64,000 nucleotides of DNA. Source: Nymphaea colorata. Its lineage: Eukaryota. Made by a program: the position numbers and the translations under genes. Below the pieces are notes generated by a model. It made no database searches, was not told the DNA's origin, and saw only the letters and a program-made list of their open reading frames with translations. Position 1 is the first letter of the stretch; each line of letters starts with the position of its first letter. Positions 12,991-25,168 of this stretch are shown here, piece after piece. The stretch spans positions 43,710,001 to 43,774,000 of the forward strand of contig NC_045138.2 in the NCBI RefSeq assembly GCF_008831285.2. Reading direction: 5' to 3'.

Positions 12991-13656
12991 ATGCTAGGGC
13001 CATGCGTGGCCGACCCAGGCCGGTTAGGACCGGACGTCCTGGCCTGCCAGCGTGGCCAAATCATGCTTGTTTAGGCCAAAATGGTTAAAGCTGGTATTTT
13101 ACCTGGCCAACTTTTGGTTGGTTGGGTCCAATGGGTCAAAAATGACTCTTGCCCAGGTCAAATAATTTTTGTAATATTGTGCAATAAAAAAAAAATCTTT
13201 TTAAGGTAATTATTCTTTTTCTTGAAAATATATTTTAAACACAAAATTACCAAAACACCCTTGGTAGGCTCTTATATGCTTTTTTAGGTCATTATGACCT
13301 ATTATTTTAGTTTGTAAAATGACAAAAATGCTCTTATGGTACTTATTCCCTTTCTTGAGGGTGATGGCCTATTTCATAGATTGTGAGGGCAATTGAAAAA
13401 GGGGAGGGGGGCTCAATTATGAATAGCTTTATTATTCCCTCGTTGGCTTCATCCCTTGAGCTTATATCTCTTTCCCTCATTTTCTCGTTCTCTCTCATCT
13501 CCTCCCCCGCCTTGCCTTCCAAGGAAGACTCTATTAGGTAAGTTCTTCATTTCCAATTTCTTTTAACTTTGTTTTAGTTCCATTATGTTATTTTGGTTTT
13601 ATTTTTCATCATGTTTATTGCATATTCAAATTTAATTTCATTGTCAATTAAGCATT

Positions 13657-13822
13657 AAAAGGGGTAAGATATGCCCCCTCTCTCTCCTAGACTAAGGTTC
13701 TCTTTAATTAGTATGCATAAAAAGGGGTAAGGTATGCCCCTCTCTCTCTGCATAAAAAGGGGTAAGGTATGCCCCCCCTCTCTCTCTGCATAAAAAGGGT
13801 AAGGTATGCCCCCTCTCTCTCC
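13657..13822 (+). repeat. Four imperfect units of AAAGGGGTAAGGTATGCCCCCTCTCTCTC
   Basis: Read directly; followed by (CT)n at ~13858-13885. Confidence 0.8.
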
Positions 13823-13854
13823 CTTTCTATTTCCTATCTTTTTCTCTCTATTTT

Positions 13855-13889
<35 letters not shown>

Positions 13890-15799
13890 TGGTTCTCTAT
13901 TTTTCCTCTTCTTCTCACATTGTCAACTCTCTCCTTATTTCTCTTCTTTTCTCTCAGTCTCTCTCTCACTATCCCTCTCTATCTATCCCTCGCTTTGTAT
14001 TTCTTTTCTTTTCTTTTGTCTCTGTTTCTTTATCTCTGTTATCCCTCTCTCTCCCTCTTCATTTATCTCTTTCTAAGATTTTTTTTATTTTGTGATTGGA
14101 TCAATGCATTCCATTTAGTTTATATTTAATCTTTAGTCCATACATTTAGTTTTGATTTATGATTATTCATGCATTTCATTTAGTTTATTAGTCCTTAATT
14201 GATGATTGTGTGTTTCATTTAATTTACTCCTAATTGATGTATTTCATTTAATTTACTCATAATTTTTTATTTATGCATTTCATTTAGTCTATTTTCATTA
14301 TTAGTTTGTTACACACTAAATTTACTTGAGATTTAAGGACAATTAATCCCTTATTTTTATGTCAATCTTAATTTGGGAGTAAGCAATAATCCTTGAAATA
14401 CTCAAATAAGTTCACATAGATTGGGCATGCATTGATTTCAGATTAAACACATTTACATGAATAAAACATACAATTCACCACTAATAAGAACCTAAACAAA
14501 TTAAATTTACTACCATACTCCAAGTAATAATTTAGGTATTCAAAGTAATTCAAAGTTAGTACATCATTTTCAAATTTGCACTCATGCTTTCAAAAGAAAT
14601 TTTGAAATGCACAAGCATTTGAAAACAAATTTTCTTAAAAAATATTAAGATGCATTCATCATATAGCTTAGGAAAAGTCATTGCATGGCCTATGATGACA
14701 ATGAAAATAATCTAATGAAATGTCATTATGAATCTTAAGTTTTGAGGCTAAATTAGATCTTAGCAATCCATCACTGTCAAAATTTAGGGCAAGTTTGTTT
14801 CATTTTTGTATTAGGAAAAAGATGACATCTAGACATCTAGACAAATAGAAGGGTAGAGTTTAGTCCTTGGTTTAATTACCCTAGTAAATGCACCAGGAAC
14901 GATCGAGCCTCGTACCGACAGGTTGGGTCCCATCTAACAGAGGCGAGTCAAATACTATATAATCTACATGTGGAGCAGCCAAATTTTACATACAAATAGT
15001 TTAGCAACCGTGATAGGACATGTCCATATTTGATTAATTTGCACTCTATTTGTTTAATTTTCTAAATGTCTCTAACCTTTAAAACCGTAGGTGTCCCATG
15101 TAGATTTAGGCATTGTTTGTTTTAATAGGGCTAATTGAGGAGGATTCATACGTGATTACATAGACTTAGAAAAATATAGCCCACCTAAGTTAGGAGTTGT
15201 ATAAAAACAATGTTTGATGTCTTTTAATTTTAATCTCCATTTAGGCCCCATTGCATTAGAGCCAAAATTTTGTGCATGTGTTCATATTTGAAAAGTATCT
15301 CTACCTTATTAGTCTCGGTTATAATGTCGCTGTACTTATCCTATGGGCAGTAGAACTGAAAGTTCCACGACTGGACCAACCTTTATCCATATCTAGGTTT
15401 TATTTCCCATTTGCTATGGTACTAGCCCGGTATATGCACAAGGATCAAGGAGAATGAAGAGAACCATAAATTAAAGCCTAATGAAGAGGTCAATCCCATG
15501 TACTATGAGCTCTACTCTGGCATAAAGGCAGATATGTATATGGAAATGTTGTTAATCTTAAAGCCCAACTCAATTTAGAAAGTCCAAGTTTTTTTCCCAA
15601 AAAGTTACATAGTAGGTCTTTTTAGGGAATCTTTTTGTATATAAATGTTGTGTATATATATGTACACTATTTGTAAATACATATATGTATGCTATTTTCT
15701 TTAGGGCATACTTTGCTTTGTGAGGTTTATCCTCTTCTCAGTCTGGGGTTCGATTTATTAACTCTTCCAGTTTCTTGATTTCAGTCACCACAGTTTGGA

Positions 15800-16550
15800 C
15801 CCATCCTAAAGGTCACGTCATCCATAACAATCTTTGTGGAGTTCCTGAAACCCGTTTCCTTCCATCTAGACTCAAGTCCTCGATGGTACATTGACTGACT
15901 ACCTCATTTCACCTACACATTCCCATACCATCTTGAGAATTGTGGGATAGAAGCAACAACACAATCAACATGTCACTTGTGAATGACAACCTCATACATG
16001 CATTTGTTGAAAGATGGAATCCAGCAACCAATACTTTTTTGTTCTGTTAGGGAGAGATGACTGTCAACTTAGATGAGTTATCAAGCATTTTGGACCTCCC
16101 TGAAAGAATATGCCATCTCAAAAATCCAGTGGATGAATAGTTTCTAGTCAATGACAAAGAATACAATCTGAAGGAGATTCTATTTGGGTTAAGTGGGGTT
16201 AAAGCTTGGACTATAACAAAAAAAAAAAGCAAATGGTCAATTCATTAGTCTAGTTTATTTTTACACCGTATTTAAAAAAGCAGGGGTAGAGATGAAGACT
16301 CTATCCAAAAAAGTCTAAGAAAAAACTAAGCGATTTATGGTGATTAATAATGTTGGCCTAATTTTCTTTGCAAATGGGCTAGGCACCTTTGATTTTCAGG
16401 CTTTACAACTTTTCAGAATGTGGGAGCACTATCAATCAAGGAGATTGTTAATAACAATTTTTGCCCTAGCCTTGTCTTGCAAAGGCTTGACTTAATTTGC
16501 AATGCAAGGCACCACCATTGTTGAAGGTTGCACGAGTGCATTAGAGTAAT
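15800..16550 (+). pseudogene. Plant mobile domain (PMD, aminotransferase-like) ORF remnant
   Basis: 15991-16101 reads LIHAFVERWNPATNTFLFC*GEMTVNLDELSSILDLP, matching the PMD/MAIN-type motif ERW.P.T.TF....GEMT.TL.D...ILGLP. Confidence 0.8.
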
Positions 16551-16959
16551 GGTTCTATAGACATGTCATTCAAGAAGGAAGTGCTCCTAAAAAAGAGTAA
16601 AGTGACACCATATGCATTTATAAAAAAGAGCTATCACTATAGATACTATCTCAATGCCACTAGGCAGCTTCAACACAAGTGATGATTGTTGAGTAAAGTG
16701 ACACCAAATGCACGTGAGCATCCAAACCACAAGAAAATAAAAGTAAACACCAAATCACATGTACCTTCTACAAACCTCCATGATCTTGGTGGCCCATGAA
16801 GCTTAAAAAACAAGCAAAAAATTTTAACAAGACACTAGATCAACTAATATAGCTCAATCAAATAGTTGAACTAAGGAATCTAATTCAATAATTCACTATT
16901 AAAAAATAGCTGAAGTATCTAATGATGAAAAATTCGTGTAAATAAAAAATAAAAACTGA

Positions 16960-17970
16960 TGTTCATGACTCAAATAGTTCCAGCTCTACTAAGCATCCAA
17001 AACATAATCTCTTTTCACTTCAAAGAAGGACAAGCAAAAAATGTTTTCATTTTTCATCATCAGTAAGATGATGATATGCTTCAGTTCGTAACTTTTCTTC
17101 AAGAAAAATGGCTTCAAACTTTGGAGATATATCTTCCTTTGGATATTTACTTGAAGTCTCCGCTTATACACAACATTACTTTTTTCAATTGCATTAACAT
17201 TTTTTTCAAAAACATCTTTCATTAGCTCAATCACTTTTAAATATCTTTTTTCCTTTTACACCTTGACACAGAACTTGTATTGGGTTCAGCTTCAACCTCA
17301 AACTCTTCTCCAAGTTTGCCAAATGGTTTCAACACTACTTTATTTTGAGAACTCATTTCATCAATGAACTAGATTGTATCACTCGTATTTTCATTGACTA
17401 AAGCCATTCAGCTTTGCTTTGTTTTTAGCTGTCATAGATGCTCCTCTTCTTGCTTTATCATTACCAAATAAATTCACTAATTTCTTATAGTTTGTCACAT
17501 GTATCATCATCTATTTTCTTGCCATTGGATTTGCCTATGCACAGAAACACAAAATACAATAATAAAAATAAAGAAAGTCACATTTAACATAAAAAAAATT
17601 GTAAAAAATAAAATTAGTTTACCTCTATCACTGGCTTCCATAGTTCAGATTCAACTGTCTAATATTTGTTCTTGGATCAAAGATAACTCTACTTAAACCA
17701 CTTTTAAAGATAGATCATAATAGTTACTAAAATTCTCTTCAATGTTTTCATGAGATTTTTTATGTGATCTTTAGTAAGCATCTTGCGCAACTTATCATTC
17801 AACTTTGCAACAACATTATCATACATGGTTGTAGTAAAGTTTCATTCACTTTATTGCCAATTATTTGTTGAAGCAATAATGCATCAATGAGCAAAACATC
17901 CATACATTGGCTCCCTTGTATCTTCTCAGTCTTTCCTGCATCTATTTGTATTTGATTCTTCTTCATAATT
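16960..17970 (-). pseudogene. Harbinger Myb/SANT-like DNA-binding protein remnant
   Basis: Reads MDVLLIDALL..GNKV..TFTTTMYDNVVAKLNDKL..LTKDHIKN.MKTLK, with stops and frameshifts. Confidence 0.65.
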
Positions 17971-18119
17971 ATTAGCTAAATGCATAGTAAAACAAGTCAG
18001 AAAACATATGTATATTGAAAAGGAAATCACATGTAATTATTAGAAGAATGACTACAATGAGAAATAATATAAGAGAAACAAAAATCAACATGTCCTATCA
18101 ATTTATTGAAGCTTCAAAT

Positions 18120-19330
18120 CGATAGTGTAGCCACATAATTCTCCAAACCTATAGACTTCATATTAATCAACTAGAACAGACTCATTCTCATTAGGTTGAC
18201 TCATAAGTTTAGCATCAACATCTTCAATAATACCAGCATTTTGATCGAAATCTATGAGAAAATTAGGTTGTATACAACATGCTAAGATGATTTATGTTGG
18301 TGTATTTCATCAATAAATTGGCTCTATTAAATTAGCTATAATTGGCAATATTTTTTCCAGGGCACCAAAAGATCTTTCAATAGCATTTTGTAAAGAAGCA
18401 TGTTAAAGATTGAACATCTCTTTTGCATTTTGTGGACCAAGCTTGGATTATTCTTTCAAATGATATCTTACACCTCTAAGGGATGTAACAAGTTCACCCT
18501 TTAATGGAGAGCCAACATCAACAAGATAATATTTACTCAAAACAATGAATATAAGTCACATTTTTAAGTTCATATTTCATAAAATTACTAATTATGTAAG
18601 TTTTGAACTATAATTACCTTTCAAAATTCTACTGTATCTTTTCTCATCAATGCATTTTTCAAAAGCAGTTCCTTTCCAGCTAGCTAGTATACAAGCAAAC
18701 TTAATATCAAAAGAACATGTTACCAACAAATTTTGAATTGGCTAGTCTTTTCTACCATGAAATCTTGGTGCATCTTCAGGGGATACTTTAAAATGAACAC
18801 GTGTTCCATCAATTGAACCAAATACAATTATAAAATATAAGCTAATGTCAATATAATATTTACAAGTTACAAAATATCAAAACTACATTAATCATGTTAT
18901 TATCTAAACATAGGGATAAAATCGATTATTGCACAAAATTTCACTTGGCACTGCTGATCCGTCAGGTTGTTGAATGAATTTGTCTTCTACTAGAATTGTT
19001 AAACTCAATACTCTATGAAAATGTCGAGACATTGTCTCGATAGAATGATGAAACTGCATTGATCGATGTTTATATGTGTGAGATAACATCATAAAGAAGA
19101 ATGCAACTTGTTCTTCTACTTTGAAATGTCTTCTACTGTATAATCCACAATCACATTGAAGAATATTACATAGTTCTCTAAAAGTTGTTGTACCATCCTT
19201 GTTATATTACAGCATTGTACATCATCATTTAATTTATATATGATTTGATCTATAATTGTTTTCCTTTATCCATAAGATAATCCAATTGGTCAGTGCATAA
19301 CCTGTGTCTGGCAATGCCTTTGACATATAA
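18120..19330 (-). pseudogene. Harbinger (HARBI1-like) DDE transposase remnant
   Basis: Motifs FHHSIETMSRHFHRVL, RFYPY, SIDGTRV, RFHGRK, KYYLVDVG, GVRYHLKE and EMFNL*HASLQNAIERSFGAL. Confidence 0.85.
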
Positions 19331-20150
19331 AATAATAAAAAATTTAACTCAACAAAAGAACTGTAACTTGTCATTTTCTCATCCAAGTCCTCAAAAAATG
19401 TTACTCATTGTGATCTCTCATGTCTTCTAAAATAAAATGTGGAATATAGTACAATTAAAATTTAAAACTCAAATTGTGAAACATCATAAAGAATGTTAGT
19501 ATATTAAGCAAAATGCATGAAGAACATTAAAAATAAAATAAATGAATAACGGAAATTATATACTTGTAATTTGAGATAAGTTAGTAACTTTGAATACAGC
19601 GCAGATGAGCACACTAAGAACAAATAAGTTTCCTTACTTGAGGATGCTAGTTACCTATAAATATATATCTTCCAATTACAGATGAACAAGGTACCTCAAT
19701 CAACCAAAAAGATACTAGTTGACAACAATGAGGTGTATCTTAAAAACTACAATGCAGATGAGCCCACTCAATGTTCTTTCTCTTTCTCCCACACATGCAC
19801 ACACTTCATTAATAAATGTAGCAGTATGTTTTTTCATTCGATTTAAAAAAAAAAACTATAAACAATAATATTTAAAAAAAAATAGAGAAGAGGGAGTTGG
19901 AGGACTTCTCTCATCATGGCAGAGTAAGGGGAGGGGCAGGCCCTTCCCCATTGACTGAAAAGGAGAAAGGCTTGCCCCTCTCCCTCCCTACCGTCGACAG
20001 CAGATGCCTACCATCGGCAGCATGCCACCGTCAAGGCAGTGAGAGGGGCGGACCCTTTCCCATGCTTCAGTTGATAGGGGAGGGCCCGCCCCCTCCCTTT
20101 GCCATCGACCAAAGATCTAGCAGAAAGGACCAGGTTCTCCCCTACCTATT

Positions 20151-20189
<39 letters not shown>

Positions 20190-20689
20190 AAGGGAGAGGG
20201 GTTGCATACCCACATAGGAGAAGCCACACATCTCTGCTGCTTCTTCTCGAATTGTGTTTCTTCTTTATGGTGTTCACGGTGTGCAAGATGTCCATGCACG
20301 ATGGCGGCAATGGTTGGGGAGCAAATTGCAATGGTTGGATGGCAATTTTGGTAATGACAAGAAATGTCCATTTGTTTCCCTCTCAATCTCTTCATTGTTC
20401 AAGGGATTGAACTTACATTAGAAAACCCTTTTCTTTCCCCATTAATTAGTCAGCCAAACACATAAAAGGTCTTTCTTTCTATCCCTTTCGCTCCATCAAA
20501 ATAGGGTGTTAAACTCTTGTGATCATTATTTTTTTCAAAAATCAATGTCATTTTAACTTTTCTATCTTTTTTATATTGTTTTTCAAGTCTACTCGTAATC
20601 ATCTATTCCTAAACTACCACATCCATCTCTCTTAGGTCCATTTTCTGGGCAAAGATTGGAAAAATCAACCTTTGGAATATGGTGAATAT

Positions 20690-23600
20690 GAGAAGAATGC
20701 AGAATCAAAATGATCAAGGTTCACAAGATAACACTACCGGGGAAATGAATTCTGAGAACTAATAAAATCAAAGAAATGAAAATGTCATCAATCTTTCAAC
20801 ATTCTACATGCTTCAAAAAATGATGGAGTAACTGATACAAGAAGGTTTCATCATTGAAAAGCCAAAGACAAACACTCCAAGGCATAATGGGGAAGGAACA
20901 TCAAAGAACTAAGAAAATAAACAACCTTCCCCTAAGACAACTGTTGACGTGATGTAGACAAAAATATGGAAAAAATGGAAAGGATGATAATATCAATACA
21001 AAATAAAGATAAGAAAGTCCACTCTTGTGAATACTTTTATCTAGATCTTCCAGGAAAATAGGAGATATATCTCACATGGTATTTTCCCAAGTATAGTGTT
21101 AAAGGAGACCTGAGGAATCATCTAGACAATTTTTTCATGCTCCAAAATCAGAAGAAACAATCAAGCCTTTTTTAGGTGTTTTCCTCAAACTCTTGAAGGG
21201 GGTACAACCGCATGGTATGCAGAGAACATTAGTCCAATTGAACTTAAGGAATTTGATAAGGTTATCAATTTTTCAAGTTTGATGTCAAGGAGATTGCACT
21301 TACATCGAGTCACTTGGGCACCCTACATGAAAAACTGGGTGAAAAGGTTAAAGATTTTATTTAAAGGTCGTGAGATACTAATAACAGGATGAAGCCCCCA
21401 CTCCCTGAAGAACATCCCCTCTAATGATCCTTGATAATAGTAATCAACCATTAAAGAAGTAGGACATTCAAGTTCCATGCAAGTCATTTGTAGAGTTGAC
21501 CAAGAGGGTACAAAGGGTCGAGGCAACAATTAACAAAGGCTACTGTGATGACCCACCTAAATCAACGAAGGAGCCCAAGAAGAAAACAAAAGTCCAAGCC
21601 AATACATTATTTCCAGCTACAACTAGCCTCAAACAAGACAATACCATTCAAAATAAACAAAACAATAATATGGGCAAAAAAAAAAAGTCACCATCTAGCA
21701 GGGAAGCTACAAAGGAAAAAAAAACATCCCGATACAAGAAATTTACTCCATTAAAGTAGTCTACGGTTGAGCTCTTAAGACTTATGCTTTTTGAGAATCT
21801 TGTGAAGCTGCCCAAAATATCTGACCCACCAAAAATGAAGGGTAAAATAAGGGACTAATTCTACAAATTCCATCAAGTTTTTGGACATGAAATAGAAGAC
21901 TGCATTGTCTTAAAGCATATAATACAAAAGTGCATTGATAAGGAGCTACTAGTAGATGAAGATCAGCCAGGGATTCTAAAGAACCCTTTCAATAACCATG
22001 GAAAACAAACCGCAGCTATGGTCTTGATGCTGCCTTTTCACCCACAAGAAAACATAAGGCTCTGCAATGATCCATAGGTACATTTGGTGACAGCAACTCG
22101 ACACTCAGAATCAGCACCAGCCCACTTTGTCTCAACTCTAGCTAAGCAAACATCAGTTGTCAAAAATGAGCCAAACGATGAGAGGCCAATCTCTAAACTT
22201 GTTTTCAGGAAGAAGAAGGAGAATGAAGACAAACCTGAATCATCCAAGCCAACGAAAGAGAGAGAACTTTCTAGGCCATTCACTATCATATCTAATTTCT
22301 CTATTTTGGACTTGATCAAGGCATCTCCCCTGCAAGAGGAAGCACTAGAAAGCATGCTTAGTAAAGTGAAAGTAAAACCTAATTCTTCCCCTCAAGCTAT
22401 GGCAGAAACAATTAATTCTATGCTGACCAACCCGCTAATCATGTTTTCCGATGATGACATGCTCAAGACACATCAATTTGATAATAGTTTTGTGCACACT
22501 AGATGATGAAAGTTCCCCATGTCTTGATTGACGAGGCAGCAGCCTCAATATATGTCCTGAAAAGACAGCCAAAGCTTTAGGGGTCTGTGCACAGGATTAT
22601 GCATCAGATACTCTAACCATCTACGGATTTGGGATGGATCTACTTGGACTTGTCAATCAGTTATCCCATGTATTCTACCCTCTTTTACGTGGTCAATGTA
22701 CCAACATCATACAATCTGTTGTTTGGTAGATCACGGATCCACGAAGCCAATGTTGTTCCCTCCACACTACATTGGTATATTAAGTGGAGTAAAGGAGAAT
22801 GATCACTATTGTTTCAGCCAAAAACCCAAAAGGTCGGCTACCTTACTCTTTGATACCAAAGCCAGCCTGTACAATATAATTTTCAAAAATCCGCTAGAAA
22901 GATGAGACGGATCTAAGTGATAGCATAAAATGGTTGAAATTGGCAAATCATGAAGAGCAAGTAAACTTAGTGGTACAATGGCGCAAAACAGCCTATTTCA
23001 AAATCAGAGGCAAGATTGCAAGGCATCAAGAACCACCCTCTATATGAAGAATTTTCAAAGATAAAGAAAGGATTTCACTTGCTTCTCAAACATGGGTATA
23101 GGCCACATAAGGGTTTGGGACAAAAGGAAGATGGACGAATGGAACCCTTGATCTTGTCCAACCAAACAGGGAATACTAGGATACAAGGGACTAACAGCCA
23201 AGTCGACAGTTTTTGTCAAGTCCAGCATGTAGCCTAGGTGGATGTTTTAGGGGATGGGTCTGAATCCTTCATTTGTCAGAATCCTTTTTTGCACATTAAA
23301 GTATTATACTTTGTATGTTGGGTTCAAGACCATCCCTTTTTTTCCTTCAATGGAATGAACATTTTGTTTCCCAAGCTATCTGTATGCTTTCATTCACATT
23401 TGTTTGCATACATTCCATTGTAATTCAATCTCTAATCACCCACATTCAGATCCAGGACTTCATAATGGCACCTAATGCCTCAAAAAACTAATAATTAATC
23501 CAAAGGCAGTCCACCAAAACCCTTCAGCATTTCTATCCAGAAACATCATAATCAATAAGATCAACAGCAGAAACAAGGTGATAAAGGAGCCAATTTCTCA

Positions 23601-24240
23601 AGAGATAAAAGAGTTTGACCATTCCATTTCACAGCTCCCACAATTTACTCGGTCACAGAAACAAGATGAACATTCATCTTTGTTAAATGACCCAACCAAG
23701 AAAATAAATATTGGCACAGTCGAAGATCCTAGGATACTTCAGATTGGGACTAATCTAAGTCAAGAAGAACAAGACAAACTTACTCAGTTTCTAAAAGAAC
23801 ATCAAAGGGTCTTCACATGGACTTATGAAGACATGTATGGCTTAGACTCAAAATTTGTTGGACACCATTTGACCCTGAAGCCAAACTATACACCAGCAAA
23901 AATAGAAATTGGCAAAAGTTGACCCAAGGCTAGAAGACAAAGTTGAAGGAGAAGTACTAGAACTTTTAAAAGCAGGCTTCGTTAGACCAATTGACTGCCC
24001 AGAATGGTTGGCCAACCTCATGATTGCTCCTGAGAAGAATGTGAAGATCAGAATATGCATAGACTTCAAAGACTTAAATAAACCTACTCAAAAAGATGAT
24101 TTCCCCCTTTCTAACATAGACCTTTTGGTGGATAATATAGCTGGTCATGCAATGTTCTCATTCATGCATGCATACTCATGATATAATCAAATCAAATTGG
24201 CAACTAAAGACCAACAAAAGACTTCATTTACCACTAACTT
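20690..24240 (+). pseudogene. Ogre/Tat gag-pol remnant (gag, protease region, G-patch, RT N-terminus)
   Basis: FPKYSVKGD..NHL (gag); KFHQVFGHEIEDC; KINIGT..LKEHQRVFTWTYEDMYGLD; WLANL..RICIDFKDLNK..KDDFPLSNIDLLVD..FSFM.AYS*YNQI. Confidence 0.85.
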
Positions 24241-24524
24241 TGCATGTATCACCTTTTTAGCATTCAGTAAAGATCTATCAAAAATCATATTGTGCATCAT
24301 ATAATCTTTGGATTTACTTAGCATTCCCCTCCGACACCATGACGAAATTCAATGGTCCATGACGATGGATGCTCGATGGTCAGTCCTACTTCTGTGTCGG
24401 TCTTAGCTCACTGGTCACTTCCGTGTCCGTCATACTAGAAACCAAGTCTGCTCACCTTTTTGTGGACAACTATACCCCATGTATAGGGACCTTATCATTT
24501 CAATAGACAAGTTTGATGGCATAT

Positions 24525-25020
24525 TTATACAATGAAAGACATAGCAGATATAAACATACCAATTATTAACCAATATTGCATGTTCGTCATCCCTAATCCA
24601 ATGGATATCATCTTCCTTGTTGTCAGCTTAACTATTTGATGAGTTTGTACTAATATATCACACCCTGTCATATGTCCTAATATGTTGTACAAGTCTCTTG
24701 GTCTTGTTTTAATAACAACATGCCAATCGTTGTCTATTGGATCCTTTACATAAAAAACTTTTTGACATTGAGATGTTAAAACAAATGGATTATTCTCCAT
24801 ACATTTATTGTTGTTGTTAACACATGTGAACCCAAATTCATCCAATTTAAAGCCCCTCTAACATGTAGTCAAGACATCATATCATTCACATTTGAATAAC
24901 ACATACTTCAGTCTCTCACAGTAACTGACCTTCATTATACTAGTGATATATCCATAGTATTCAACTTTTCCAACATTAGGAATATTTTCATTAAAAAGAA
25001 CACCACTGTTAATACTTACC
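24525..25020 (-). pseudogene. CACTA/En-Spm transposase C-terminal fragment (DUF4216-like)
   Basis: Reads YYGYITSI..VLFKCE*YD..DEFGFTCVN..NPFVLTSQCQKVFYVKDPIDNDWHVVIKTRPRDLY. Confidence 0.85.
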
Positions 25021-25111
25021 GACTATTAAAGGGGATCAACCCCCTCCCCCTTTCCATGATTAAGAGCTACTAACTTGACCTAGTAAATTTGATGAAAACC
25101 CAAACAAGAGT

Positions 25112-25168
25112 CTAGCCAGCTTGGCTTAGGCTAGCCAGCTTGGCTTAGGCTAGCCAGCTTGGCTTAGG
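25112..25168 (+). repeat. Perfect 19-bp tandem repeat x3 (CTAGCCAGCTTGGCTTAGG)
   Basis: Read directly. Confidence 0.95.

Larger units (their letters stand above)
16700..20508 (-). mobile_element. Decayed PIF/Harbinger DNA transposon (transposase plus Myb/SANT-like gene)
   Basis: Two decayed genes typical of the superfamily; the ends are approximate. Confidence 0.75.
13000..24240 (+). mobile_element. Decayed Ogre/Tat-lineage Gypsy element (LTR, PBS, PMD ORF, gag-PR-G-patch-RT), interrupted by a PIF/Harbinger element
   Basis: LTR-like region to ~14998, degenerate Arg-type PBS TAGCAACCGTGATAGGAC (15002-15019), an extra ORF before gag, and Tat/Ogre-type RT motifs. That these pieces are one element is inferred from their order and strand. 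Confidence 0.6.

Noticed and set aside
25112..25168. CRISPR-like arrays (also 13657-13822, 36597-36865, 55558-55782)
   Set aside because: These are head-to-tail tandem repeats without unique spacers, in eukaryotic TE context with no cas genes.
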